A stretch of DNA of 58,417 nt, the filler included, from Sphacelaria rigidula (Eukaryota), in NCBI GenBank assembly GCA_964200075.2. It is 7 parts of 7 records of this genome, joined end to end, with 100 filler letters (N's around TTAATTAATTAA, not from the genome) between each part and the next. Parts side by side here need not be neighbours in the genome. Positions count along the whole stretch, not along the records: positions 1 to 8,260 come from CAXNAA020011743.1; positions 8,361 to 16,620 come from CAXNAA020011744.1; 5 more parts are not named here. One strand, written 5' to 3'. A model generated the notes under the pieces. It searched no databases. It was given only the letters and a program-made list of their open reading frames with translations, and had not been told where the DNA came from. This document shows, one piece after another, positions 1-13,631 of this stretch. How positions within the stretch are numbered: position 1 is the stretch's first letter; each line of letters starts with the position of its first letter. The translations under genes were made by a program, and so were the position numbers.

Positions 1-2290
1 TACGCGATCGAGGGGCATTAGGCCGACAAACACGTCATTGGGCACCATCGCTGAAAGTGTGGGGACAACACTGTTCTAGGCTTGAACCTCATCTCGAAGT
101 TAAACCTCAAATCGCACAATTTGTTGTTATCTGTAATTTAACACCGGATCCTGGAAAATGGGGTCGATCTCAAAAATGAGCTTCAAGTAGCGTATACTTT
201 TTGCAGGGATGACGCGAAATAGTAACAGAGGGCGAAACCATATTTCCCCCCAAAACTCTGCAGAAGTGAATCAGTTGTGGCTAAATGCACCGAACGAATG
301 CGGTATAAACGCGTGTCGATGACGATATCATCAGAGAGAGAAGCAACGACAGAGCGGAAGCTCTTCGCCCGTGTCCTTCGTGTGTCTTCACTCGGTGATT
401 ACCAACCGGTCGAGAGAATGGCATCACTCACGTTACTAGCACGTGCCGAATTTCTCATGTGCCGGGAGACACATTATTATGTTGGTGCGCACAGCCTCCC
501 ACCAAACATGGAGCTGCGGAGAGATTTAGTCTCTTCTTCTCTCTGGAGCTCACCAATGCGAAGGTCGATTTCTCTCTGCCTCTCTTTTCGGACGGGACGC
601 GCCTCTGTGCGCTGAAAAGCATGTCGTTGAAAAATAGGGCAATGATCCCGTCACCGCTATTTCTTTTCTCTGTCACACACATGCCAGCAAGGACGATGCG
701 CTGCGGCGAAAATAACAGATACAATTTGAACTCGGGGGGGTGTATTCGTCGTTGATTTTACCCGACATGAGATAGGCGACCATGCAGATGCCCGACCACA
801 AGAGCCTGCCACAGGCCTGTTGGGGAGTGTGCGAGAGAGATCAAACACTTGTGGAGACCTTCTCGACATGCGGCGTGAAAAACGATACCCATGGAGGTGA
901 CCTAACTGTTGCTAACGTGGTGCAGAGGGGTGCGTCAATGCTGCGATCTGGAGCTGTCGTCGCTCTACTCTACTGACTCCCGTCTGTAGAGCGCCTGCAG
1001 AGGTCACAAACGGTAACATGTATGCTATGTGCCGAATTTTGGAACAGCTATAGAGATAAAACAGATCGATTTTCTCAACTTCGTTCACATGAAGTGAAAT
1101 GTAAGTGTTCGGCGGGTGCATGACGTTGCCTTGGGTGCAGTTCCTCGCTCTCGCCATTAACTTGCCCACAAGTTTATTCGGAAAAAATTATCAAACTTTC
1201 GTCATACTCAACAATTCCCCAGTGATTACAACGGCAAAAATGCACCTGGAGCATGTAGTATCACCATGATCCGAAAGGAGATATTGCTGCATGTTGTGAA
1301 ATTTTACAAACAGTTTAGTATGATCTTTTGGACCGGACGGAGACCAAATTCAGGCCCGCATGTGTGAAGCGCGTTATTTATAGTCCGGAGGCAAACAAGA
1401 CGCACTTCATTTCAAGAACGTAACACAACCTCTCCTCGGCTTGGTTCTCCGACCTTTTGGGGACCTTCAGTCTCATCAGTGCTTAAAGGGGGGTATCATT
1501 TCGCATGATTTCGAGCCCCTCGTATTTTTGTTCATCCCAATAACGACCGGTCATCCGATTATTCGTACAAAAATATCAGATCGGAATTTTTCCTTCCCGC
1601 CGCACTTCCTCCGTCGAAAAGTGAGTTTTCAAGACACAGCCCGAGTGCCAACAAGGTGTGCATCTTATTAGAGAGTTTCAGAAAACGCTTCCTTGTCATT
1701 TCAGAGTGCAAATATCTCAGGATCAGAGTGTAACGAAAACTCATGCCCCCCTCCGTCAAATGTGATATCCCCTTAACTTTCATCAATGACGCGTTTTTTT
1801 CTTCAATAAGCACTCTGGAATAACAAGAAAAAAAAAAGTTTCCGAAACTCTCTATTGTTGTCATCACGTTCATGTTGAGGGTGCGAGTCTGTTCTGCGAA
1901 CCCAGACAACAGACAATAAAACGCTGACTGAAAGCGGACAACATAAAAATCGGTCGTGTGGGGGGGTTTTCTACGCTCCTCTTCTCGACGTCGGTACCGG
2001 TTTTCTCGGAATGCTCGATACATCTGAAAAGATTCGGCCGCACCCAGGTTTTCATCCTCTCATTTTTCAGGCGTGGTTTCCTGTCCTTTTTCATGAGGAA
2101 AAAAAAGGAGAAAAGCCGCGTCGTCCTTTGAGCACAAAAAACAATTAGGTAAAAAATGCTCACCAGTATCTCTTCCAACCAAGGGTACAACAAGAAACCA
2201 AACCCAAATCAAGAAAAAAAACGCAGTGCAGCACACACCACTTTTTTTTCCATCTGCTGGAGGATAATCAAACATGCAAGAGTCACCCTC

Positions 2291-2346
2291 AGAACAGAAC
2301 AGAACAGAACAGAACAGAACAGAACAGAACAGAACAGAACAGAACA
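2291..2346 (+). repeat. (AGAAC)n microsatellite
   Basis: About 11 perfect pentamer copies. Confidence 0.95.
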
Positions 2347-3616
2347 GGACAAAACGAAGCACACCTGGTCAAACAAGTCGCCAACACTTACCGTCACAAT
2401 TCATCATCACAACAACCGGTACACGTGTCTGTCAAAACCAGCCAACAGCCCACACAAATTCGCCGAGCGAAAGATCCAAAAAAAGAGGCTACCGCAATCA
2501 CACGGATGAACAATAATCCCCGCAGCTAACCAGAAGCCTTCAACTACCCCTCCGCCGCCCTCCACCCCACAAAAACGAATGGTGCGGTAGTCGTCCCCAC
2601 CACTTGGACGAATCAGCGAAGCCAAACGCTCGAACGATATCTCAACAAAGGCCTCTATTTTAGAAGCCAAACTCAATATTTCGTACAGCTAACGGAGAAA
2701 TGCCTGCTGGGAAGGGCTGCAAACAACAAACGAGCACACATCAAAACAAACGATCGAAGCTTTTTCCAACAGCACTTGGACGTGTGTGTATTTGCAGATC
2801 CGCATTTTTTCTCCCCCAAACGGAATTGTGGAATATGATGCATACACACGTGGTACGGTACACCACGGTCAACACGCACAAGAAACCAGATATTAGTTGT
2901 TGTAAGAATACTATATATTCACGAGGACGACGGTTTCCCCTCTCATCTTCGAAATTACAACCCTTCAGTGTGTTGTACTACAAGCAAAATTGGGAAGAAA
3001 CTAAAAAATAGTATGCGTTTAATATATCGACCATCAACTGACCACCATGATTTAGTCTCCGCCAGGAACGTTCTGTCATGACGAAACACGAGGGACGATA
3101 CACAGCACACCTTGGAGAATGGGTGATGCGATAGTCGCAAATAGGGGGAGAGTGTACTGCATAAGTATCGAGCCTATTGTTGCCTTTTTGGGGCCAAAAG
3201 TCAGCAGGCCAATAGGCTCATACTTGTAAGCAGTGAATTTATTTTCCAACTGCCACTATTGCACCACCTACATTGTCAGGTGTGACAAATAAAAAAAACT
3301 CAAATCGGCAAAACTAACAAGATGTCAGAAGAAAAAAACACACACACAATCTCCACTGACATTCTTGTCCAGAGATAAGAGGACACAACACAACAGAGAG
3401 AGCAAAAAACAAAAAAGAGAGGACCACAACATCAACAAGACGAAATACGAGTCAATGAACCAGACAAGAAACCCAACCTAGGTCATTATGCAAAGACAAT
3501 CATGCATGAACGACGAGCGAAGCGACCTTACAAGAGAGGCAAGATATGCACAACAGACGGAAAACCGCAAGCACATCGTTGACCGAAAAATCAAAACCAA
3601 ATGACCAACATTAACA

Positions 3617-4390
3617 TTAGAACTCGGCGTGACCCGGATAACGAGGGAATGGAATAACATCTCTGATGTTCTCAATTCCCGTGGCGAACATCACCAGCCG
3701 CTCGAAACCCAACCCGAACCCTGCATGTTGGATGGTGCCGTACCGCCTATCAGCAGCGGTCGTTTTCCAGCGCGGGGACAAGGCGTCGGGGCGCGGGGGA
3801 GGGGGGGATGGTTAGTAGAGACCATCACATGGGCTTGCCCTATGAACCGAGGGCCTTCACTACAGGGGGCGAGTGTCGTTAGGTTTTGTTCCATAGGGTA
3901 GGTACTACATGACACCCACCTCCAGACTAAGCGGTCTTGGGCGACAAGGAACTCCCAACAAGTTCTGAGTACACGAATTGCAAAGAGGCATGTGTGCATC
4001 GAACCCTCGGGAAGATAACTTCCGTAATGTTTTTTCATTAATGTTCAGATTTCAAATACGCCAACAATTTTCACACCCGCGGGGACAGCGATTTTCTCGT
4101 CCCCTGTGCCATGCTGCACCCCACGCCCTAATCCGACTCCACCAGTGTTTATTTACTGCTGTGCGTCATCTGTCAGTTTTTTGGCTTTTCATGAGTTTCC
4201 CAAATGTCTTAACTCTTTTGGAACCCATTGACGATTCTTGTTTTTGCGAATCGGCATCATTTTGACTTGAAAATGAATGAATATGATGTCGATTAACAAG
4301 AACAAAAATCGACAATGGGTTCCAAAAGTGTTGAGCTCGAAAGTCTCAAAAACGTGGCCTGGATTAGCGCGGATGTTCCCTGTGTGTGTA

Positions 4391-4441
<51 letters not shown>

Positions 4442-6608
4442 TTCCGCTTGGCCCATTTTTGTTCAGTGAGCGTGACCCGCGGTCGAAAGTGTTCACGTTC
4501 GTTAATTTAGATTCGTCGGTGGCGAAACAATCGCACATCGGACAGATCATGATCTGTTTGAAACAGCTGAGCAAAGAAGACGCTCGAGTCCGTTGGTCCA
4601 AGAACACAAGATATGTGACCGCGGAGTCAGAAAAGCCAAAGCGCAACCTTCGCGCTACTCGGCGTGCTCCGCATCCGGCGCTGTAAGGAGCAAACATGAA
4701 AAATGGGGGCCAAATGATCCGGATCAGTATACTGCGAAGAAGTAATTTTCAGACGGATCATGGTCTTCCCAACGTGTGACAACAACGATTCGATATGCGC
4801 TTGTCATTACCAACTCTCGCCGCCGTCACTGGAATTGGTGCGTAGAGGGGGGAAAAAATGTCATCTTCCAACTTTCATGTAGGGGGGTGCGTGCGCAAGG
4901 TTTCGCGTTTTGCACGACAAAGTTTAGGTAAACACTGAGGAGGAGGTTGTGTACCTTCATTGTTGCTCATGGCTTTCTCCCCAGAGGCGTTACTCTCAGG
5001 GTCAACCCCGTGACCGCCCCTTTATTTGCGATCTTTTGCTGGGAGTCTTTAGGATTCAAAGCTGTCATCTACAAGGTACAGTCCAAAAGGCAGTGAATGA
5101 AGGCTAACCGTGAGACAGGGAGAGTAGGTCATCTGTTGAATCGACACCAACTTCAACTGAAAAAATTATGCATGATCCAGATGGACTACCCTCGCGGTCC
5201 AAGTGTTCCACGACAACCTACCACTGATGTCAATGCCAATGATAATGCTAATGCTACCGATACTGATAATGGTCATAATACTGACAATGATAACGGTGTC
5301 GATGACAATGATCATGATAATAATAATCATGATCTTGATGAAAATGAGAACAAGAACGATAAAAAAAAAAAGTAGGAAAAAAAACGAAAAAAAAAAAAAT
5401 CTTGGCTTTCGTTTCACCTGAGGTCGAGGTACCACGATATGGACTCCTTCGGCAAGCCCATCTCGTTCGCACGGGCGGATAACTTGTCCAAGTCGTCTTC
5501 TCGCTGGGACCCACCCATCAGTTCGCCTGCCACACCACCCCGTGAGAACATTCAAACAACACAAACATAAGCAGATGAAGCACGAACACCATCCACATAA
5601 TATCGGACACACAGCTTGGTGTACATCCCGTGGACAGATCGGCATACCACCAGCCCGCCTGCCGATTTCAGGAACGTCTCGCATCGAGATCATGACCCCA
5701 ACCGAATAAGAACATGCATGATCGACTAAAAATTGAATGTACTGATTTGAGGTGTACACGAACTCGTCCCCGGGAATATTTCAACAGTGTCGTTTCATAC
5801 GACAACAGGACAGATCATAATTTAACATGATGGGCCCAAGAACATCCGTTGTCATGGAAACTGAAAAAAATCGAGGTGTCATGCGTTGTCCCGAACAGAT
5901 CAAACGTATTGCAACGATAAGTCAAGGATACTCATTTCACAAAAACACTGAATAAACGGGGTGATCTATCCAGTGCAGATCAAACCCATTGTTATGACGA
6001 GTTACACATGTTCATTTCACTCAACACCAAACATAATATGGAGATGTGCAAGCACACATCAAACAGAGCGCTATTTTTAATCCTGTGCAATCAATCAATA
6101 CACGGACCACCATTATACATCATGTCTGGTGTGTGTACACGCCGGACATACAAACGGCGTAACACATCATCATCATCATCCGAGGGATCAAATATATGCA
6201 GACTGAATACGACAGCAATGTGCTGGACTTAGTGCATACCCGAAGATGACAAAGATGTCCTGTCAGTCAACAGATCAATGGGCAAAAAAAAAGATCATCG
6301 TAACAAGGTGAAGAACAACGACACATCCACGGAATTTTAAAAAATAAAGAAAAAAAAATGGGTAACACCAGACCAGACCAGACCAGACGAACACAGCCAC
6401 AGAGCCGCGTACACACTGACCGATTTTGGGCACCAAGACATCCATCGCCGCCACAGTCTTCCCGTCCGGGTTGAGCTTCATGTAGAACGCCTTGATGTCT
6501 TTGGGGTAGTCCGTCACCACGCACGGCGCGTTGTACACCTGTTTTTCATTTTTCCATCATTTCAGATTTGTTCGTCGAGAAAACGATCTTCATTTTCTGC
6601 GTCAGTTC

Positions 6609-6657
<49 letters not shown>

Positions 6658-7835
6658 CGTGCGTGCGTGTGATTTTCCGTATCATGTGTACCATTTCCTG
6701 TACAAGACAGGTTTCAAAGACATCTCAGTGAGATCGTGTCTGTATCCGAATCGGCGCCGAAGGCCCCGATTTGAGGTCTGCCGAGGCATACTTTGCCTAG
6801 AGCACTCTTGACACCCCCCTTGCCCGAGCGTTCTCGATATTTCTTTGGAGTTGGACCTTCGGTTAGCGTTAGCATTAGCATTATATCAGAATAACGATTT
6901 TCGGTCGAGCTGTCGACAATACCCCGGTCTACTTGTTTGCCATCCTCCAATTTCAACTCAATAAGCTGTACAAAAAGGTTTCAAAACTGCTGCCTGTAGA
7001 GGCATATTTACGTCGTTTTCGCGTGTGTGTATTCCGGGCCGCGAAGCAAACACGAACTCAACCCTTGAACTAGGAAGTATGGTCGTCGCGTCGGCTATAT
7101 GTGCCCAGCTCGGACGTTCATCACTCCCCTCCCGTTTTCCATCGCGACACTATTCGAGCAACATACTTCTGTGGTGAAAATTCCAAAAATGTTCAGTCAC
7201 GGTCAGTCCGTTAGCCCACAGGGTTGATACGAATACTTACAGTAACCCCAACACCAACACAGCCTCCGCGCAACACATGTAGGAAGGCTCGGCGTTCACT
7301 CTACTCAACAAATTTCACCCATGATATATGGGATATATGTCTGACATGTTTCCGTGCTTTTTTCGGGATATATAGATCCAAGATCACGGAAATTCATGGT
7401 GCTCGTCATGAAACACGAACGGAAACTAAAAACCAATGCATAAACATTGAAACGTGCGTGTTTGCAGAGCTTTTCAAAAGATGAAACCAACGAGACGCCG
7501 TTCGCGCTTTTTTTTTTTATAATCGAACTTTCTAGACATGTAGTAGGAGGCTGACATGACCCACTTACCCCGATGAAGAAAAAAGGAACGAGGGTCGCTG
7601 TTTACATAATATATCACGACAAAATGTCATGACTGTCACATGGACCAACCAGAATAAAAGGATGAGGCGGTCATCCTCCATCATCGCGTGCAGCCACATA
7701 CAAATATATTAGCGCTGAAAAACGGATCCTTACAAAAAAATTGATCAAATAATACGTAGTTACCTTTTCCGCCACGTAGCGCTCGTGCTCCGAGCCCAAA
7801 TCGTCCCCCCACTCCGGAATGACGCTGAACTTCAC
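3617..7835 (-). CDS. asnS: Asparaginyl-tRNA synthetase (class IIb, bacterial/plant-type C-terminus), 3' partial, four exons: 7835-7764, 6538-6421, 5526-5418, 3746-3617
   Basis: Manual splicing with canonical GT-AG introns (phases 0, 1, 2) gives [142 protein letters not shown]. This contains the AsnRS hallmarks KAFYM, GGSQRE and motif 3 GLGFERL. The upstream exons lie off the contig. Confidence 0.97.
4213..4330. mobile_element. ~120-bp palindromic MITE, piggyBac-like (TTAA target), in the last AsnRS intron
   Basis: TTAA|CTCTTTTGGAACCCATTG...CAATGGGTTCCAAAAGTG|TTGA, and the whole element is an imperfect hairpin. A second copy is at 14975-15095. Confidence 0.7.
4381..4439 (+). repeat. (GT)n microsatellite (others at 6611-6670 and 13042-13065)
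   Basis: Direct reading. Confidence 0.95.
5120..5345 (+). repeat. Dispersed repeat end followed by a degenerate (GATAAT)n tail; probable retroposon 3' end
   Basis: 5120-5210 (gagagtaggtcatct...atgcatgatccagatggactacc) matches 10870-10950 on another contig and is followed by an (ATG/ATA)n run. Confidence 0.55.
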
Positions 7836-8260
7836 CTATGGATGATGACCAAAACACACACGAGCACGGCGTTAACACACATTACATGCATTTTTCAGCT
7901 TCTTGTAGTTTACACACAAGCACAACTGTCGACGATACGGAACACGCGGAAAAGATACCGCACACACAGGGTTTTTTTTTTTTAATATAGGCCCACAAAA
8001 GCACCTTCGAGGGGTGAAGCATTCTGCTCGAATTTTTTATGGGTTTCCGTTTTTGTGGAGGATGCACACTCTGGACAACGACAAAAAGATTACATTGTCA
8101 ACAAAAGTACTGCGTGCAGTATGGAATCTATCAAGGGCAGGTCAAGTGAAGTACACTCAATACTCAGTATTTTCGAAGAGTCCACAGGCACCGTAGGTAA
8201 GGTACCGTACCGAGCGTACTCCCGGTATTTACCGGGGTATCCCATACCGTGGTGTACGTA

Positions 8261-8360
8261 NNNNNNNNNNNNNNNNNNNNNNNNNNNNNNNNNNNNNNNN
8301 NNNNTTAATTAATTAANNNNNNNNNNNNNNNNNNNNNNNNNNNNNNNNNNNNNNNNNNNN
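8261..8360. other. Artificial contig spacer (N44-TTAATTAATTAA-N44)
   Basis: 100-nt N run with a central TTAATTAATTAA, which gives stops in all six frames. The same spacer recurs every ~8.36 kb. Confidence 0.98.
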
Positions 8361-8377
8361 TCTCATCGTCGGCGCGG

Positions 8378-8494
8378 GGGGGGGGGGGGTGGGGGGGTGG
8401 GGGTCGGAGGGGGGGTTCTCATTTGTTGCTTATCTTAGTCGTTTGACCATCGACCGCGCATCCCTTTCAATACGGAGCACCGTTTTTACACCGG
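8378..8494 (-). mobile_element. 5'-truncated LINE 3' end with C-rich tail
   Basis: Matches the LINE 3' end (ggtgctccgt...ggtcaaacgactaag...agcaacaaatgag). It runs into a poly-C/G tract and is flanked by a GGCGCGG duplication (8371-8377 / 8495-8501). Confidence 0.75.
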
Positions 8495-11004
8495 GGCGCG
8501 GCGATCATGTGCAGGGTCAAGTCAGTAACATCCCGAGGGTGCTGTATATTTATAGCATCGAGCATGAGGCCAGGGGCAATCTCGGTGCATATTACACGGC
8601 ATGTTCAGAAGATGGTAGTTGACGTGTACGTCGTGGTATATGGTAGAGATGGCCATATACCGATGGTCATATCGGGCCCGCGTTGGCGCCTAGTATAGAG
8701 ATATGCACCCCGACTAACTTCCCCTCCGGTGGTGTGTTGCATGTGTTAGGTTCCGCTTGCCTCACAAAGCGATCAGCTGGCGAGAGGACGGAAGGTCTTT
8801 GAAGAGCTGTCTTCGTTCGCCAAGTGAGCAAGTACGCTTAGCTCTTAACCCTGCAGTACGCTCTGCTGGGGTGCTGGGTTGTGCTGACGTGGGTCCGCTC
8901 TCGTGGCGTTTAAGGGCTAGTTGGTTTGACGCGCGCGTCGTGGTCAATGAAATAGTACAATATGCGGTGCTGAATAAACATCCGCCTCGTGGATTGGATC
9001 ATTACCGATCATGACCAAAAACACTTCCGCACCCCGTCGACTCTCGTCAAGCAAATTTAGCCGAATATATATATTTTTTCTTCTCACGTATGTCCTCACG
9101 TATGTCCTCACGCTTTCAACGGCGGGAATCTGGTACTTGGAAGAAAAAGCCGAACGCATTTGGCGGGAATTGAACCCTCGTACCCGGCATTCCTTCAAAG
9201 GGTTCTCTATCTAGGGCAAAGCGGGGCGTTGACAGACCTCAAATCGGCGCCGATGTAGACGAAAATGCGTTCTGCGCGCGCTACCGCAGGAAGCACTCGG
9301 GACTGTCAGCCCCACTACGCTAAAGATCTGCATCTCGATGTCTACACTCAAATCAAGTAATATCAACCATGCATATTTTTTGGCGCCGAACAGGGACACT
9401 CTCTAGTGGTTGAATTGAAGGGTGGCACACATGCACACACACACGCACACACATCTTCCCCTGCCTCTTTCTTTACGTATAGTATATACATATCCGTGTA
9501 TGCAGTATGCAGCATAGCTGAAGGCAAGCAAGATGTTTGGCTAGGGCAACCGGAATCCGTCCCTTTGCAAGTTGAACCATCAGACTACCGGGGGCGGCGA
9601 CTTAGGCAGGCGATATACATAGCGTACCCCGAAACAAAATTGTAGACACCGGCGTCGTGCTAAAAAAACAGTCGGGAATCTGTTCACCGGGGTATGTGCA
9701 TGGGGCACGTTATTCGCTCATGGTATGCATGCTTGTGTTTGTTTTGATTTTTTTTCTTCTGTTTTTTTTTTTTTTTTCCCGCCAATGTCCCGGAGTATTT
9801 TACTCGGCTACTTGTTCTACAGTAACCCTCGCTTGATTGGTTGGACTTTTTTTCCTCGGTCGTTTAAGCCGTGAGATCTGAAAGACGCCAAGCGGAGGAC
9901 AAAAACCACCGTGTGGACTATCACAGCGGGTACTTGGTGTAACTCCGCTATGGGCCCACTACAGATCTGCAAGGTGGTGTTACGTAGGGTACACTGGCTG
10001 ACATTTTTAGGGTATTCACACAAGTATACCGGGGGTATTTTATCGACATTTTGTTCTTCTCAACCATATCTGAGAGTTGGAAACAGGGCTCGATAACCTG
10101 CTGAACCATGTCGAAATGAGTATCGAGCATTCCGGTATGGTCTAGTATGCCGATCATTAATTCCCCACTTGCGGGTACACCCCATCTAATCAAAACAAAA
10201 ACTTGCAGAAAACTCATATATTCCTGCTACCCATTGATTCGGGATTAATGCTCTACAGTACTGGCCAGACGGCGCGAAGTGTTGCTGGCTAGAATCCCGA
10301 CATATACGGTGGTAATGTTGAGCATAATCTGGTTCATCGTTACCGCTGTTGGAAAACGCGTAGGACGCGAGTAGCGAAGAAATATTCCTATAATAAGCCG
10401 TGTGTTCTGTGGGGTATACCCGGAAGTGGGGTATTTTTAGTTGGCATACTAAACTATACCCCAAAATGTTCATCGGACGCTCCGGTATGGTCCGGCAGGG
10501 TATCGAGCCCTGCTCCGACCAATCCGGTATTATGGTTCGTAAAAAACGGCATTCACCAATATAAATACCTCTTCTATACTCCTGTAAATACCTGGATGTC
10601 ACTCGGTTTACCCTGCAGAACAAATAAACTTGACTTCATATTTTTTGAGAGCCGACTTGGCTGTGGGGTAGCTGATGCGATCCGCGATAACGTGTTGACT
10701 GCAAGGTATCGATGCGCTGAGACTCCGGGTTCGTGCCGACCCAGGAAGGGTAGGGGTGGAAATAATTATTAAAGAAAAGAGGGCACGCCAGTAATGGTGA
10801 TGCTATGTATGGATGATTTGGCGCGGGATACCCGGCCGTTTTCTCCTGGTTTTTAACCCCTAGACGACGAGAGTAGGCCGTCTACTGAATGGGCATCAGT
10901 TTCACTTGAACAAGGTATGCATGATGCAGATGGACTACCTTCGCAGTCGAAAGTTGAAAGTTAGGTGTAAGGCCCTATTTTTCGGAACAGCTTAGCGAAA
11001 GAGG

Positions 11005-11090
11005 AGAGGGGGGGGAGTGTGCTCATGATATTGCATGGCATAGTCATATGACCTTTGACCTCGAATCCCTACGAATCGGGGACGGAGGAG
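11005..11090 (-). mobile_element. Short LINE 3'-end fragment (second subfamily) with C-rich tail
   Basis: The reverse complement, ctccgtcccc...gaggtcaaaggtcatatgactatgccatgcaatatcatgagcacactcccccccc, matches 25081-25154 and 41521-41572. Confidence 0.7.
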
Positions 11091-11968
11091 ACGAAGGAGG
11101 GGGGTAAGGGGCGGGATAATCACTTGAGTTTGAGTGTCATACATTGGTTGCTTCCATTGAGTGTGGTGTGCTTGGCTAGAATCAGATTACTCTATATTGA
11201 TCGCTCATGTTTAGTGTGATGCGGTTGGCGAGGACGAGATTATCCCACATTATCTATTTGAGTACATTGGGGTCCAGTTAACAATAATCAGATAACCCCT
11301 ACACGATAGACTTCCAAGTGTAGTATAGTCCAGTTGACGAGGGTACAGCACACCGTACCCCTCATCACTTCGACATCATACAATATCCCCACGAATCCTG
11401 TAAACCCCGACGAATCCTGTATCGTACATACGATATCCACAGCCGCTTTAGTTTAGAGCACTGGACTGTTGCTGGGCTGTGTTGAAACCACTTCAGTCGA
11501 GAGTAAGCAGAAAAAATGTTTCCGATACAGTAGATGAGCACAGTTTAAAAGGCTGAGCCACCAGCTGGGTACACGGAGCGCTATTATCATACGACGGCGG
11601 CATTTCGCGCGATGGTGGATGCATCGGGTCCATCGTCTTCGTCATACGGTAGCAACCCGCCATTAGTGTTTGTTCATTAACGTTTACTCATGCGCGCACG
11701 TAACAACATCAGGGAAAAGTACCAGGTGGAGGACAAGACCGCTCACGCCATCACACGAGCCGGTCGGCTCGGCGCTGCTGAACACGAGGTGAGGAGCGCA
11801 AGCCGCTTTTTTGTTTTCTTTATTTGCTTCCTTCCTATTTTTGGGGTGTGCGTGTGTGTGTACTGATGATCTTGCATGCCGTAGTCATGAGACTACAATA
11901 GTGACACTTTCACTGAGGGGGGCGGGTGGGGGGGGGAGGTGTTCGATCGGCTCGGTGCCGCATGATTC

Positions 11969-12106
11969 CACACCCTGGACAAAAGATCACATCGTTCAAG
12001 AGTGTACTGCGTACAGTATCGAATCTATTGTCTATTGCAATAGACGCAATAGTCGATACTGTACGCAGTACACTTTTGAATAATGTATTCTATTATCCAG
12101 GGTGTG
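11969..12106. mobile_element. 138-bp foldback MITE, hAT-like
   Basis: Termini are CACACCCTGGA...TCCAGGGTGTG and the element is palindromic throughout. There is a perfect 8-bp TSD, CATGATTC (11961-11968 / 12107-12114). Related sequence occurs at ~8065-8125, ~40806-40897 and ~41800-41875. Confidence 0.85.
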
Positions 12107-12173
12107 CATGATTCATGTTTCCAACCGATACGATAACGTATGGTCCCGTATGGGTAAATAATATCACCAGTTT

Positions 12174-12544
12174 GCCGGTCGCCCCCGTGGCTCAGTTGGA
12201 TACCTCGAAACCTTCTGACGGTTGGGGCGTGGGTTCGAATCTTGGAGTCACACGATTGGGGGTTTTGTTCTCACTTCATGCCCGACAGCGGAGAGCGACT
12301 ATGTCTTCACGGTCGATGAGGTTAGGGGACCGCTGAACCCGTCTGGCGACGAAAGAATAAGGCGAGCACCAGCCGCGGAAGGAAGGTGGAATATACTAAA
12401 CAAAGTGAATCAATAAAACCCCTGTGTTGACCTTTCTCCTGTGTGACACCGGCTGATTCGCCCACATACCCCGAGAGGTGTAGACTGGCGAACAGAATAT
12501 ATGGGATGACATTACATAACACACACACACACACACAAACACAG
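12174..12544 (+). mobile_element. tRNA-derived SINE with (CA)n tail
   Basis: The head has a Pol III A box (TGGCTCAGTTGG) and B box (GGTTCGAATC). The body is shared with 26267-26633 (-) and ~42359-42640 (-), and it ends in (CA)n. Confidence 0.85.
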
Positions 12545-13431
12545 TTTCTGGTACCGGCTATAGAGGTATGATAAAACATGGGCAACTCAAATGCTCGATG
12601 ACGCAAGTATGATTTGGGCTCGCGCTCTTGCCTGGGGCCGAAGGCAAAACCAGGGATGAAAAAAATCGGCGTCTCGACTGCGCCGATCTTCCGATACTTC
12701 GCCAGACCTTTATGCCTTCCCCTTCCTCGGGACTAATTCGTGGCCTCAAGGGATCAACCAGCTTGCTCATTGCTCCCCCGGCACAATCCTTACATTCTTG
12801 TGTCGCGGATTGGATCATGACCAACACTTTCGCACCGCATCGACTGTCGTCAAAACACTCTTGGAGTACAAAAACAAACTCTTCTTGCTACTCACGTGCT
12901 CAAAAAAACAAACTTGAAAAGACGGGAATCAAGAACAGCTTCAAGAATAAAGTATAACCAAACACATTTGGCAGGGGTAAGACCATCGACGCCAATATAA
13001 GACACAGTCGGACAGTGAGTGTGGCTCATCCTACCCGGACGGTGTGTGTGTGTGTGTGTGTGTGTAGATTGTAGCTTCTCACTCGGTGAAAGGGTACGGA
13101 GTGTGCGGAGCCGTGACGTGGACTTGAACAGGACGGACTTTGCAAGCCGGTTTGGGTTGAGGTACAGAACTGACGGAGGGGGATGCACCCACGAGGGAAC
13201 ATCCAGACACGGGAGAATGACACTCCCGGACTGGGGATTGAATGATGACAGTCCCAGGGTGACAGGCCCGGGAAGACGGTCTGGGTTGACTAGCCCGGGG
13301 TTATCAGTGAACGGGTCGGGTCATACAGAGGTCATAATAACATCGAACCCACGTTTTTCTCTGAACTAATGGTGCAAGTGGTAGCGTTAGACGACCGGGG
13401 CGCATACGCATATATTCTTCTTCCTCTTCTT

Positions 13432-13533
13432 CTTTTTATTATTATTATTTTCGTCGATGTTGTTGCTGTTGTTGCTGTTGTTATTGCTGCTGTTGTTGTT
13501 GTTGGTGGTGGTGTTATTATTATCATCATTATC
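13432..13533 (+). repeat. Compound (ATT)n/(GTT)n/(GCT)n simple repeat
   Basis: Direct reading. Confidence 0.85.
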
Positions 13534-13631
13534 AAGAATTATGACTTTTCTACGACAGCCCGGGCGTGACGCTCCACAGCGCATCTTCTCCAGAAATTTT
13601 CTGTGTGATTGACCATTTTGGAACCGCTGAT

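Noticed and set aside
2060-2516. ORFs with FCSVL/TEQNR repeats; also the CVCV/HTHT ORFs near 4300, 6600 and 13020 and the Asn/Asp-rich ORF at 5097
   Set aside because: They are translations of microsatellites.
2407-2676. 'FERL' motif suggesting a further AsnRS exon
   Set aside because: The true motif-3 exon with the stop codon is at 3746-3617, so this match is chance.
12174-12255. tRNA gene (also 26555-26633)
   Set aside because: A and B boxes are present but there is no proper anticodon arm, and the sequence continues into a shared SINE body.
8555-13165. Possible plus-strand exons in contig 2 (e.g. IEHEARGNLGAYYTACSED ~8556-8613, DQLARGRKVFEELSSFA ~8770-8823, ~11713-11788, ~13068-13161)
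   Set aside because: Splice signals are plausible, but I found no recognisable domain and could not build a consistent phase chain.
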